From assembly GCA_030615625.1 (NCBI GenBank), contig JAUWYX010000002.1, positions 11,995-75,994 on the forward strand: a stretch of DNA of 64,000 nucleotides. Reading direction: 5' to 3'. Positions within the stretch are counted from its first letter, which is position 1, and the number at the start of each line of letters is the position of its first letter. The notes under the pieces are model-generated. The model saw only the letters and a list, made by a program, of their open reading frames with translations. It did no database searches and had not been told where the DNA came from. This stretch comes from Dehalococcoidia bacterium. GTDB lineage: Bacteria; Chloroflexota; Dehalococcoidia; GIF9; AB-539-J10. Below are positions 51,525-61,256 of the stretch, piece after piece. A program made the translations under genes and the position numbers.

Positions 51525-51959
51525 TCATTCATACCCGAGCTTCGGTGAAAGTGGGACGGCACTTCGCATGTAGGTTCCACTTCCCCAGGCAATTTCTCGA
51601 CTATCTGAATCAACCAACTTTGATTGTGCGATAAATAGGCGCTGTGAACGGTGAATAACCTGCCCAATCGCCTTTATCTTCCCCTGTGAAATAGGACGAG
51701 TAAGATATATGTTGAAGGAGACGGTTAAGACGAAGACGTCATTCACCAGCGAGTTCACTGCAAAAAAGGCAGCGTCATCGAGAGCCTTAAAATATACCGA
51801 CCCATGCACAGTACCGGCTGAGTGAAAAAAATCTTGGCGCACAACGATAATCACCTCCGCATACCCTTCATCCACGCAAATTGTCGGCATATAATACCTA
51901 TTTGTTGGCGCAAATGCATACATGTGCTCTAGCCTTCGGTAATGTTCTTCTTTGTTCAT
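51525..51959 (-). CDS. PaaI/4HBT-family hotdog thioesterase
   Basis: FFHSAGTVHGSVYFKALDDAA core. Confidence 0.6.
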   Translation of the reverse strand: MNKEEHYRRLEHMYAFAPTNRYYMPTICVDEGYAEVIIVVRQDFFHSAGTVHGSVYFKALDDAAFFAVNSLVNDVFVLTVSFNIYLTRPISQGKIKAIGQVIHRSQRLFIAQSKLVDSDSREIAWGSGTYMRSAVPLSPKLGYE

Positions 51960-52549
51960 CTTCCAGCTATCTTCCCTATCTCATTATCATTATATGGCCT
52001 TTTTGCCTCATATGGAAGAGTTACAAAGCTAGAAGTCGCTTTGATGGATTTATTCCATTTATTCAGTCCTAAAAAAAAGGGGATTTATCGAGTTTCTCAA
52101 GTCTATAAAAAAGGGGAAACAAAGCTGAAATGTCCAAAAAGTTTAATTCCTTGAGTCCATAAAAAAGGGCCTATGGCGATGCAACTGCAGACACTAAAGA
52201 TAAGATAGACCACCATAGCAATAGAATCAAGGCGCTAATAGCAACGACAATATCCTTCCAGAAGTGAAAAACGAAAATCTAACCTAGCTTTGGAATATAT
52301 CGTTTTTATTGGTGAAATATGATGCTTTTATTATGGTCTTATGGGTAAAGATGGCTTGCACCCCAAAGCTAAATAAAAGGATATGTTGTGATAATTGAAG
52401 CTAAAATGAGGGGGGAAATTGTGTTGAGGGAAATTGTTAGACGATTATTCCCCGGTGTCAAGCAAATCTTTGAGTAGAGTTTAGTTTATAGCGATTCGTT
52501 AGTGTCTCTTCAGGGGGCGTGTTTAATGTGGCATGGTCACAATACAACA

Positions 52550-53158
52550 TTACCAGTTTGCGTAGCAGACCACGGGAATCTCCCGAAAGTGTGCGCAGAT
52601 GTAGTAATCACCGTTCATGGTGATGGTGGTTGAGGCAGCATTGACATTGGCAATGGTATCCACATCGCCAGTCCACCTGGCAAACTTATAACCACTATCT
52701 GGTTTTGCCACGAGGTTGACCACTGTTCCCTCTTCATATATGAAGAATCTCCCTTCTCCAGGGGTGGTTACTGAACCATGAGCTGGTCCGATGATGTTCA
52801 GGCTGTACTGGACAGGCGGAAGTACCTCAAAGTCAGCCATTATGGAATAGTCGCCATTCACGGTAATGATGGTCTCGGAGGCACGAACATTGTCAACAGT
52901 GTACACATCTCCAGTCCAGCGTACAAATTGATAGCCACTGTCTGGGGTAACATTCAAGCTTACCACTGTGCCAGCGTCATAGGTAAGAATCGATTTTCCA
53001 GGGATGGTTACATTATTAACGGTAACTACGCCTCCGGCCGTACTGTCGATAGTGAGGGTAAGAGATTCGCCACCATTGCCATCATCACCACTGCCGCCAC
53101 AGCCTACCATCCCGACAATAAAGACTACCGTAATCAAAAAGACGCTAACTCTTTTCAT
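52550..53158 (-). CDS. Lipoprotein with two divergent InlB B-repeat-like domains
   Basis: Lipobox MVGCGG. Two roughly 85-aa repeats each ending ..PDSGYxFxRWTGDV..V.....T.IT.NGDY. Confidence 0.6.
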   Translation of the reverse strand: MKRVSVFLITVVFIVGMVGCGGSGDDGNGGESLTLTIDSTAGGVVTVNNVTIPGKSILTYDAGTVVSLNVTPDSGYQFVRWTGDVYTVDNVRASETIITVNGDYSIMADFEVLPPVQYSLNIIGPAHGSVTTPGEGRFFIYEEGTVVNLVAKPDSGYKFARWTGDVDTIANVNAASTTITMNGDYYICAHFREIPVVCYANW

Positions 53159-53393
53159 CTATATATCCTTCAAGTTTTATTGTATCACTAGCGAAGGAAG
53201 TGTCAATACGCCTCTCCACTCTGCTACCTCATATATGCCGTCTTCACCCGAAATAGAAGAATTCCAAAGCTAGAAGTCGTTTTTGATGGATTTATTCAGT
53301 TTTTTCAGTCCTAAAAAAAGGAAAACAGGGCTAATACCAACGATGATATAATCGTACTTCTACCCATAAGGGTGGAGATATGGGGAAAGTTCA

Positions 53394-53637
53394 ATTCAGG
53401 TCCCAGCCGCCGACATTACACTTCCCGTAATCGTTCCATCCCACGGCGACCACGGTGCCGTCGGACTTAAGCCCCACTGTGTGCTCAATGCTTGCGGCGA
53501 CCTGGATGATGTCTGACCAGCTACCGACATCGCACTGCCCGTAGAGATTGTCTCCCACGGCGACCACCGTGCCGTCGGACCTAAGCCCTACCGTGTGATA
53601 CCCTCCTGCGGCGACCTCGGTAATGTCTGTCCAGCCG

Positions 53638-53650
<13 letters not shown>
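53394..53650 (-). pseudogene. 5'-truncated fragment of an RCC1-like repeat protein gene
   Basis: Minus-strand translation ..DVGGWTDITEVAAGGYHTVGLRSDGTVVAVGDNLYGQCDVGSWSDIIQVAASIEHTVGLKSDGTVVAVGWNDYGKCNVGGWDLN*. There is no start codon; an in-frame stop sits immediately 5' within DR2. Confidence 0.5.
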
Positions 53651-53806
<156 letters not shown>

Positions 53807-54029
53807 CTTATTGTTTCACTCATAGCGATACTGGTAGGGTGAACGCCACAAACCTAAGTCGCTTATTTTATTTGGTTATTAATATTAATGAGATAGACAT
53901 CACTCTCTGTTTTCTAATGCCCCTTTTCATGTCATGGAAAAATTCAAACATTCTAAATGAATTTACAAAACCCCTAATGCTTGCTATAAACTAGTTTTGA
54001 TGATAATGTTGGTTGCTTAAACTTAAATA

Positions 54030-55784
54030 TTGATGAGTAAGAAAATGCTAAAGAAAAGAGTAGCTAATATAATTTTGATTACAATATGTTTCTCTGTATT
54101 ACTCTTTTCTGCCTGTAATGGTGAGATCAAGAATCCTAATACCTTTATCATAGCGGTAACTGCCGATATTGCCAGTTTAGATCCCGCCTATGCCTATGAT
54201 ACTTCAAGTTCTGGGCAACTAGAAAACATTTATGAAACACTAATTAAATTTCATGGCAATAGTACAAGCGAGTTTATTCCATTGCTGGCGACAGATTGGA
54301 CGATTTCTGAAGACGGAAAAACCTATAGATTTAAGATTCGTGATGGAGTAAGTTTTCATAATGGAAATCCATTAACCCCTGAAGATGTGGAATATTCATT
54401 TGAAAGGGGGATGGTTCAAGATTACGCCCTTGGACCACAATGGATGTTTTTTGAACCCCTTTTTGGTTTGGGGAATTACACCTCTCGAACCGACAGTGGT
54501 CTGATCCCGCTTGAAGAGATCAAGAATAAAGTAGAGGTCGATGGCCAATGGGTACAATTCAATCTGGCTACCTCATACGAACCGTTCTTACAGATTCTTG
54601 CCTCTTCTTGGGGTTCTATAGTTGATATGGATTGGTGTATAGAAAATGATGATTGGAATGGAACTGAGGAATCATATGAAGCTTTGAATAACCCTGTCCC
54701 TGGTGGCTCTCCAATCCATTCGATATCCTGCGGTACTGGCCCGTTCATGTTAGAGCTTTGGGAACCAGGAGTTCAAATAATGTTAGTAAGAAATGATAAC
54801 TATTGGGGTGCGCCAGCCAGTTTTGAAAGAGTTATCACCCAAATAATTGACGAATGGGGCACCAGAAGATTGATGCTAGAATTAGGTGACGTTGATTGTG
54901 CTATTGTTCCAAGTGAACAAATCCAACAAATAAAAGAAATGCCAGGAATCTTAGTTTATGAAAATGTATCTACGTTACTCAATCAAGCATTTTTCTTCCA
55001 ATTTGATATTGATTCTACCAGCACATTAATCGGTAGTGGCCAGTTAGATGGCAATGGTATACCCATGAATTTTTTCAGCGATATTGATGTACGCAAGGGC
55101 TTTGCTTTTGCTTTCGATTGGGATACTTATATTGATGATGCAATGGCAGGTTATGGGGAGCAAATATCTTCACCGATGGTCAAAGGCATACCTTACTATA
55201 AACCCGACTGGCCAAGTTATGAACTGGATCTGGTAGAAGCAGAGGAGCACTTGAAAGCGGCTTGGGATGGAGTACTATGGGAAAATGGTTTTGAAATGAC
55301 ACTTGTATATGCATCAGGAGACATCACGGGAAAGATTGCTTGTGAAATATTGCAAAATAATCTATTTGAGATCAATCCACTATTTAAAATAAATATTCAG
55401 TTAATGGGGTGGCCAACCATACTTAGTGAGATGGTGTTAGGACGTTTACCTATGTATGTAAATGGTTGGCAAGCTGACTATCCTGATCCCCACAATTTCG
55501 TCTTTCCTTATATGCATAGTAAAGGTACATTCGCACAAGCACAGCGATATAGTAATGAAGTAGTAGATGATCTTATTGAACAAGCAATCTCCTCAAGTAG
55601 CCATTCAGAAAGGCAAATACTTTATAATCAGATAGCAGAATTATATTATAACGAAGTTCCTAGTATCATGATATCTCAAGTATTGGGTGTCTTTTTCTTT
55701 CGAGACTGGATACAGGGTTTTGTTTACAACCCAATAAGACCAGGATATGAAATGTATGCATATTATTTAAGTAAAGGATACTAG
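54030..55784 (+). CDS. ABC transporter substrate-binding lipoprotein, family 5 (peptide/nickel type)
   Basis: Lipobox LLFSAC. SBP_bac_5-like sequence. Strongly AT-rich relative to the rest of the window. Confidence 0.65.
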   Translation: MMSKKMLKKRVANIILITICFSVLLFSACNGEIKNPNTFIIAVTADIASLDPAYAYDTSSSGQLENIYETLIKFHGNSTSEFIPLLATDWTISEDGKTYRFKIRDGVSFHNGNPLTPEDVEYSFERGMVQDYALGPQWMFFEPLFGLGNYTSRTDSGLIPLEEIKNKVEVDGQWVQFNLATSYEPFLQILASSWGSIVDMDWCIENDDWNGTEESYEALNNPVPGGSPIHSISCGTGPFMLELWEPGVQIMLVRNDNYWGAPASFERVITQIIDEWGTRRLMLELGDVDCAIVPSEQIQQIKEMPGILVYENVSTLLNQAFFFQFDIDSTSTLIGSGQLDGNGIPMNFFSDIDVRKGFAFAFDWDTYIDDAMAGYGEQISSPMVKGIPYYKPDWPSYELDLVEAEEHLKAAWDGVLWENGFEMTLVYASGDITGKIACEILQNNLFEINPLFKINIQLMGWPTILSEMVLGRLPMYVNGWQADYPDPHNFVFPYMHSKGTFAQAQRYSNEVVDDLIEQAISSSSHSERQILYNQIAELYYNEVPSIMISQVLGVFFFRDWIQGFVYNPIRPGYEMYAYYLSKGY

Positions 55785-55977
55785 TAATTTAATAATAGTA
55801 TACAGAAAATTAGTAAACAACCTGATACTTTCCGAATCCACGATAGTTTAGTTTGACACTTCTTCCTTTATAAAATCCGCTCGCTGTCATTTATTTCTTT
55901 AGTGGTTTCCACTCAACAGATTGTGAGTGTTCAGTTAATTGTGTTATTGTTTGGAATAGCATTGTTTCGGAGGGCAA

Positions 55978-56145
55978 GTGAAGTTAGCTAGAATCATTGC
56001 ACCATTTAGTCTTAGCGCATTTCTTTTTATCCTGTCATATGTGTCCCTCAAAGATATTGGAAGTGGCTTTTACTCAATACTGCTAATGGTAATCGGGGTA
56101 GTACTCGTAGTTGTTGGCATTGCAGCTATTTTCTCAAATAAGTGA
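55978..56145 (+). CDS. Small membrane protein (55 aa)
   Basis: GTG start with a GGAGGG SD; two hydrophobic helices. Confidence 0.3.
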   Translation: MKLARIIAPFSLSAFLFILSYVSLKDIGSGFYSILLMVIGVVLVVVGIAAIFSNK

Positions 56146-56175
56146 ACCCTTTTCGAGACTGATCCTCTATCCCCT

Positions 56176-56199
56176 CTGGTTCAAATCCAGCCACTACCA
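56176..56199 (+). repeat. tRNA 3'-end remnant (att-like) a
   Basis: CTGGTTCAAATCCAGCCACTACCA versus tRNA CTGGTTCAAATCCAGCCGCTGCCA (2 mismatches). Confidence 0.65.
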
Positions 56200-56259
56200 G
56201 AAATTCAGTCCACTTGACAACCTGGGGAGATGAAACGTAGTATGCTGGAAAAACAATAA

Positions 56260-56574
56260 TTGGAGGTGTTGAAGATGGTCAATATTATACCGATTACGAT
56301 TGTTGTTATTGGTGTTGCATTGGTAGTTGTAGCATTATTAGTTTGGAGGAGGCAAAAAGAGGAGAAGCTAGAAAGAATAAGCAATGAACAGAAGAAAGCA
56401 TTCTTCGCACAATGGATAATAGGGATTGTTTTAGCATTAACAGCTGCTATTTTTATGTTTGATGGCGATATCCTGGGAGAAAATACCACAGGTATTTCCA
56501 CAGCCCTAGGGATTATTGGAATTTGCCTGATAGCAACTTCCAATGTTAACCTGCTATCTCTCAAGCGTAAATAA
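56260..56574 (+). CDS. Small membrane protein (104 aa, 3 TM)
   Basis: Hydrophobic helices; AGGTG SD. Confidence 0.4.
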   Translation: MEVLKMVNIIPITIVVIGVALVVVALLVWRRQKEEKLERISNEQKKAFFAQWIIGIVLALTAAIFMFDGDILGENTTGISTALGIIGICLIATSNVNLLSLKRK

Positions 56575-56822
56575 AGCAGATTAGCGAACCAAACAAGAAT
56601 CATCCCACAGAACAGCGTCTAAACAACTATTTAAAGTAAAAATCTTGCCCCATTTACTCGTGCCAATTGATATAACTTATAGATAGGGTAAAGATACGGC
56701 TAGATGAACCAAGGGCTTAGCAGACCGTTGGCTAGTTTACCTCCAAAATGCTTAGTATTGATTTTGGTTGTATAATGAAGTAACAACTTTAGAGTAAATA
56801 CTGTAATCTAAGAGAGGGAGCA

Positions 56823-57431
56823 GTGGTTCACAGTACACTTTGCGTAACGGTAGAAAGGGCCGTATCCCAGGTAGTATCTGATTTTCAGAAGTATCCAAAA
56901 CGTTTCTGGAACGAAAGAGACATACACTGGAGTCTCTTTTACTATCTAAAACATCAACGAGTCTCTGAAGAAGCCTATCCGACCGAGTTAATACGTGCTG
57001 AATTACCCACACGTAAGGTATTTCCCGGCAAGAAACCAGCCAGAGGCCATTATGATTTAGTGATATTGGATGCCGAGTCTTACTACAAGCCAGAAGTACA
57101 GAATATGAAAGCCCAGACTCCATGGAAAGAATTCCTTGAATTAGTTGAAATTGCTGTGGCCATAGAGGTCAAATTATGGTTGAACCGACTAAGCCCGGAG
57201 AACATGGCAAAACGAGTAGACTGGGATATAACAAAACTGACTGATAAACCAAACAACGTACAAAATGCATATTTTCTAAACTTCGTTCAGTTAAACTTCA
57301 AATCTGACTATATGATGCAATACTACCAAGAGCTACGTGACTATCTAACCACGAAAAAGCAACCAGGCTTGAGTATTTTGTGTATCCCGAGTGACCCTCA
57401 AATACAATCTGTGTCAGACAACTGGCTCTAG
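56823..57431 (+). CDS. Hypothetical protein, possible PD-(D/E)xK nuclease fold
   Basis: GHYDLVILD ... AIEVK spacing resembles a D..(D/E)xK motif. Confidence 0.35.
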   Translation: MVHSTLCVTVERAVSQVVSDFQKYPKRFWNERDIHWSLFYYLKHQRVSEEAYPTELIRAELPTRKVFPGKKPARGHYDLVILDAESYYKPEVQNMKAQTPWKEFLELVEIAVAIEVKLWLNRLSPENMAKRVDWDITKLTDKPNNVQNAYFLNFVQLNFKSDYMMQYYQELRDYLTTKKQPGLSILCIPSDPQIQSVSDNWL

Positions 57432-57540
57432 TCTCGGCTCGCTCAGTGTTTCCAAAACGAGTGTGGAGATCGATTTAATCCACACTTTTCCTCTGAATAA
57501 ATGCCTTTTTATAGGTGGTCAATTTGACAAAACTGATTAG

Positions 57541-58590
57541 TTAAATATGCTCCTGGTAATTAGCAGTTCCCCCGACTACATTAACAATTAACTTTATCAC
57601 CTTAACCAGTATTGCGATTCCTACCCCAACTGAAATACAAATCAAGAATATCCTGACGCCTAAATAAGTGGCATCAGCTGCAGTAGTGCTAGGTATTACA
57701 CTGAAGTCGAAAGGAAAGACAAATAGAAGGGTTAAAATCGTCCAAAGTGAAAATGCATTTATAACGATATGAATCATTTCACGCAGTATATACCTATCAA
57801 GGATAATCAAAATAATATGACCGATCACAGTTATAATTAGAGTTGTTGTAAGAATCGGTAGCCATAGATTGATGTCTTCTGTAAAGAACGGATATCTTAT
57901 CCATGTAGTAATGCCGCCTACTGTTTCCGAATGATAATAGGCTACGTATTGATTAAAAAAGTTGAAGAATATTAATAAAGCGATACTCCAGGCGATGGCA
58001 AAAGCGGAAGCTGTTATTCTTCCACTTCTACTTTTAAAATGAGCGTCTATTTTATCTCCGATTCGTTTACCTGAATCTGCAGCGGGGGGTGGTGTAGGTG
58101 CCACTGCCTCTGACTCTGCTGTTGGTTCTGAGGGTGGAGGTTCAGAGTATTCACCTGTTACCCCTGATGAAGCGACCATCTTCTCAGCAACATCACCAGC
58201 CCATGGTAGTTTATACCACTCACCACTAGAAGCTTTGACTATCATTATTATCCAAACAATGAACCCTATAATTCCTATAATTGAAGAGAAAGCAACACCG
58301 ACCACCGGTATCAAACCAAGTATAATCCCTGCAGCTGTGAGGGTGCCAAACGCAACAATTGACTGTGCCGCGTGGAAACGAACAAATTTGTTTCTCTGCT
58401 CTAAAACGAGAAAGATGATGCCGCTTATCCATACGCCAACATAGCACAATAATCCGGCAATATTTGGCGATAACCCTGTACTTGTGCCTGCTGGCGCTGT
58501 CAGTTTCTCTCGTTCTATCTTTTCCCGTGCCTCAATCCGCGCCTTCTCTTCCTCATAGATTCTCTTCTTCTCTTCTGGTGTTAATTCCAT
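57541..58590 (-). CDS. DUF4870-like membrane protein with N-terminal coiled-coil and long C-terminal polytopic domain
   Basis: GLLCYVGVWISGIIFLVLEQRNKFVRFHAAQS matches the DUF4870 signature. Pro/Glu-rich linker. Confidence 0.5.
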   Translation of the reverse strand: MELTPEEKKRIYEEEKARIEAREKIEREKLTAPAGTSTGLSPNIAGLLCYVGVWISGIIFLVLEQRNKFVRFHAAQSIVAFGTLTAAGIILGLIPVVGVAFSSIIGIIGFIVWIIMIVKASSGEWYKLPWAGDVAEKMVASSGVTGEYSEPPPSEPTAESEAVAPTPPPAADSGKRIGDKIDAHFKSRSGRITASAFAIAWSIALLIFFNFFNQYVAYYHSETVGGITTWIRYPFFTEDINLWLPILTTTLIITVIGHIILIILDRYILREMIHIVINAFSLWTILTLLFVFPFDFSVIPSTTAADATYLGVRIFLICISVGVGIAILVKVIKLIVNVVGGTANYQEHI

Positions 58591-58781
58591 ATCAACCCCC
58601 TTGATATTGGCGTCGTAGGTTCAGAATAGCCATCCATGCTTTTGTTGTCAATACCACCGTTTAATTCAACATTTCTCATATCAAGAAGATGATATCTTAC
58701 ACCTCTGCAAATGCTACCACATAATTATGGCCATAAATCTTGGCGCACTTGGGGCAGGTTGTGTAATAGAAATAATACCTT

Positions 58782-59189
58782 TTAACTGTTTTTGCCTTTT
58801 TGGTTTACATATTGATCAATTTCTTTAATCCATTTTGGAACGGCGTTATACGAACCATCGAAAACTTTAGTGATATATGTTCCTGATAGTTTGACATTTT
58901 CGGCATTCGGGATTTCTTTTGTCACATTGATATATAGTTCACCTTTCCAGGGTGATGATTCGGTAGCAAGCATGATAAAGTCCTTGATATCTGGATTTGC
59001 TCCTGCGTCTTCAATTTTCTTCCACATCCTTCCGACTGTTTTACCGAATGCTCCGGGTAGCGGCATATGCATGAATTGCATCATAGTGTCTTTGACAAAG
59101 AGCTTGTCTTCCCACGTTATTTCTTTATCATGCCATGGTTCAGGATCAAACTTAGGACAGCATTGCGTTTCACTATCATTCTTTATCAT
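58782..59189 (-). CDS. Hypothetical protein (135 aa)
   Basis: ORF with no confident family assignment. Confidence 0.4.
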   Translation of the reverse strand: MIKNDSETQCCPKFDPEPWHDKEITWEDKLFVKDTMMQFMHMPLPGAFGKTVGRMWKKIEDAGANPDIKDFIMLATESSPWKGELYINVTKEIPNAENVKLSGTYITKVFDGSYNAVPKWIKEIDQYVNQKGKNS

Positions 59190-59210
59190 ATTTCAAGCCC
59201 TCCTTTTATT

Positions 59211-59233
59211 TGGTTCAAATCCAGCCGCTGCCA
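59211..59233 (+). repeat. tRNA 3'-end remnant (att-like) b
   Basis: TGGTTCAAATCCAGCCGCTGCCA, a perfect match to the tRNA T-arm/acceptor 3' strand. Confidence 0.7.
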
Positions 59234-59270
59234 TATTCTGCAATTGGGACAGGATGGATCCCCCCTGTGC

Positions 59271-59693
59271 TCACTGCCCATTGGTCAACCTGGCCTGTAC
59301 TTCTGCAATCAGGTCTTGAACTGTGATACGTAATACTGTTTGGCCTTGCTTTAAGGTGTCAACGAGAACATCATAGTCCTCGTAGAAATAGACTGTCTTC
59401 CCATCCGTGAGCACCACGAAGGATGCTAAAGCCTTGGATTGACCTCGTATAAAGCGGAAGCTCGACCGTATCCGCTGTAGAGGCAGCGAACTATCCAACA
59501 ATTTCATCAGTATCTTTAATTCGAAAATGTCTTCTACGGAATAGAGACGGCGCGAACCTCTTCCGGATGCTGCTCTCAGACTCGGGCTCACCAGGCCTGT
59601 CTTATCCCAATACACAAGCTGGCTATAGGTAGCGCCGACCACATGTGATACCTCTGAAGTACGGAAGGATATAGGTTTTTTTCTACGCGGCAT
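59271..59693 (-). CDS. MerR-family HTH protein
   Basis: FRTSEVSHVVGATYSQLVYWDKTGLVSP is the MerR HTH. About 90-aa C-terminal domain. Confidence 0.65.
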   Translation of the reverse strand: MPRRKKPISFRTSEVSHVVGATYSQLVYWDKTGLVSPSLRAASGRGSRRLYSVEDIFELKILMKLLDSSLPLQRIRSSFRFIRGQSKALASFVVLTDGKTVYFYEDYDVLVDTLKQGQTVLRITVQDLIAEVQARLTNGQ

Positions 59694-59751
59694 TGCGAAT
59701 TCCAGCCAATATAATATGAGTCATATCATTATATCACTTGCAGCTTAGACA

Positions 59752-59775
59752 CTGGTTCAAATCCAGCCGCTGCCA
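59752..59775 (+). repeat. tRNA 3'-end remnant (att-like) c
   Basis: CTGGTTCAAATCCAGCCGCTGCCA, then CTACC as in remnant a. Confidence 0.7.
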
Positions 59776-59792
59776 CTACCGCATTTCTTCTT

Positions 59793-59820
59793 GATAGCTG
59801 GAATTAGAGTCGGAAGGAAG
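59793..59820 (+). repeat. 28-bp perfect repeat (copy 1; copy 2 at 63253-63280)
   Basis: GATAGCTGGAATTAGAGTCGGAAGGAAG at both places, 17 bp after att remnant c and upstream of the flavodoxin gene. Confidence 0.6.
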
Positions 59821-59943
59821 CAGGCGATGATTTCGGTGTCGTGGCCTGCTTCGACGGCATTGATTTGGCACTACTAACAGGCCAAGGCTATGAGGCACTG
59901 CAGAGAGTCGGAGCACGAAATTAGAGTACGCTCTCTTAACTGG

Positions 59944-60114
59944 TCAGCCCAGTGCCCGGCCTAGAAAGTACGGCCAGACTACTATGGCAAGTATAATCTG
60001 CCACCAAACCAGACCGACATAACCGATTGTAAATAGCCAGCCGACGAACCAAATAGTGAATGCCAAAGCCGGGGAGCCGCGGTTTCTCCAATGTTTTCTC
60101 TTTTCCTCTGCCAT
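59944..60114 (-). CDS. Small two-TM membrane protein (56 aa)
   Basis: AAGGAG SD 7 nt upstream of the ATG. Preferred over the overlapping ORF-track 59936..60172. Confidence 0.4.
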   Translation of the reverse strand: MAEEKRKHWRNRGSPALAFTIWFVGWLFTIGYVGLVWWQIILAIVVWPYFLGRALG

Positions 60115-60196
60115 GTTTTTCTCCTTTTCTAAGATAATCTATTCTTGATTTGATGACTTTACTTAATAGCAAAATGGGTTTTTCACGGCCATAACT

Positions 60197-60991
60197 TCAC
60201 GGAGATGATATTTCAGGCTCAGTCGTAGCTGCCCTTTTTCTCCAGCGGAGCCACAGGGCCCAAGCCGTTACCAGCACGGCTAGCACGGCAATATAGATTT
60301 CCACATGAAGGATTGTAAAGCGCCCTGCGTAAAACAAAATTACGCTATAGTTTAGTAAGCCGTGCAGGACAGAGGCTATGAGATAGAACTGCCATCCCCA
60401 GCCCTTAGCCAGGCCGTACCCGGCCAGGGCGGAAAAAGCAATATGAGCGGCTACCGTAAAGAACCTCTCCCAAAATCCACCATAGATCAGTGCCATGAAG
60501 CCGCCACTTTGCACTGCTTCCCAGGTCACCCCTGAGGCGAAGATGTCATTGAGTGCCCACTGCGCTTCGAAGATGCCAAATCCAGCTCCGGCCACAGCGC
60601 CGATAGCGAGTCCCAGCTTGGGGTCAATGTTCTTGCCGCTCCGCCGCCACCAGACGACCACCGGCACCAACTTCGACCCTTCTTGGACCAGTCCGCTAAG
60701 GAGTATTGATGGTATCGCCGCCAGAAGAATCCAGCGCGTCAGGACTTCCTGGCTCCAGAAATGGCTCAGCGCTTGTCCAGCCCAAACCTGGAGGGGAATT
60801 TGAATAAAGCTAGCAGCGGCCAGGGTTAGAAAGGCACTGCTTACGAGGACCGCCCAGAGCCAGGGTTTCTTAAAGAGCGGCGGCCGGTAACCGGCCAGCC
60901 AGACCGCACCGAAGGCTATAGCCAGACCAATCCCCAGGGCGCTGGGGTTTTGAAAGAAAGATTTGAAAAATATGACCATGTAATCTATCAT
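60197..60991 (-). CDS. CPBP-family intramembrane metalloprotease (CAAX protease-like)
   Basis: Polytopic, with a VQEGSKLVP...W block and FxxxH/LHGLLN motifs resembling the CPBP motifs. Confidence 0.5.
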   Translation of the reverse strand: MIDYMVIFFKSFFQNPSALGIGLAIAFGAVWLAGYRPPLFKKPWLWAVLVSSAFLTLAAASFIQIPLQVWAGQALSHFWSQEVLTRWILLAAIPSILLSGLVQEGSKLVPVVVWWRRSGKNIDPKLGLAIGAVAGAGFGIFEAQWALNDIFASGVTWEAVQSGGFMALIYGGFWERFFTVAAHIAFSALAGYGLAKGWGWQFYLIASVLHGLLNYSVILFYAGRFTILHVEIYIAVLAVLVTAWALWLRWRKRAATTEPEISSP

Positions 60992-61141
60992 GGACTTCTC
61001 CTACACTTTAAACTGGTTCTTATCCAATTCATCGTAAGTGTATCCTTCGACGCCATTTAGCATCCACAACATTATACCTGCATGTGAAATAAAAAAATAT
61101 ACCCTTGAGCAGGAACGTCCAGGGGCACATTGCAGGTTCTG

Positions 61142-61179
61142 ATAAGGCTTTGGTCGGTGGTTCAAACCCAGCCGCGGCC
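61142..61179 (+). repeat. tRNA 3'-half remnant (att-like) d, extending from the anticodon loop
   Basis: ATAAGGCTTTGGTCGGTGGTTCAAACCCAGCCGCGGCC versus tRNA ATAAGCCTTTGGTCGCTGGTTCAAATCCAGCCGCTGCC. Confidence 0.65.
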
Positions 61180-61256
61180 GCTTTTATTTTTCACAGTTGA
61201 ATCCTTAACCAAAACAACAAATGCTATTTACAGGCAATTGAACCTTCTTTACCGAT

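Noticed and set aside
59936-60172. 78-aa minus-strand ORF
   Set aside because: It overlaps, in another frame, a 56-aa ORF that has an AAGGAG SD and two clean TM helices. The 78-aa frame is Arg/Gly-rich with no start context.
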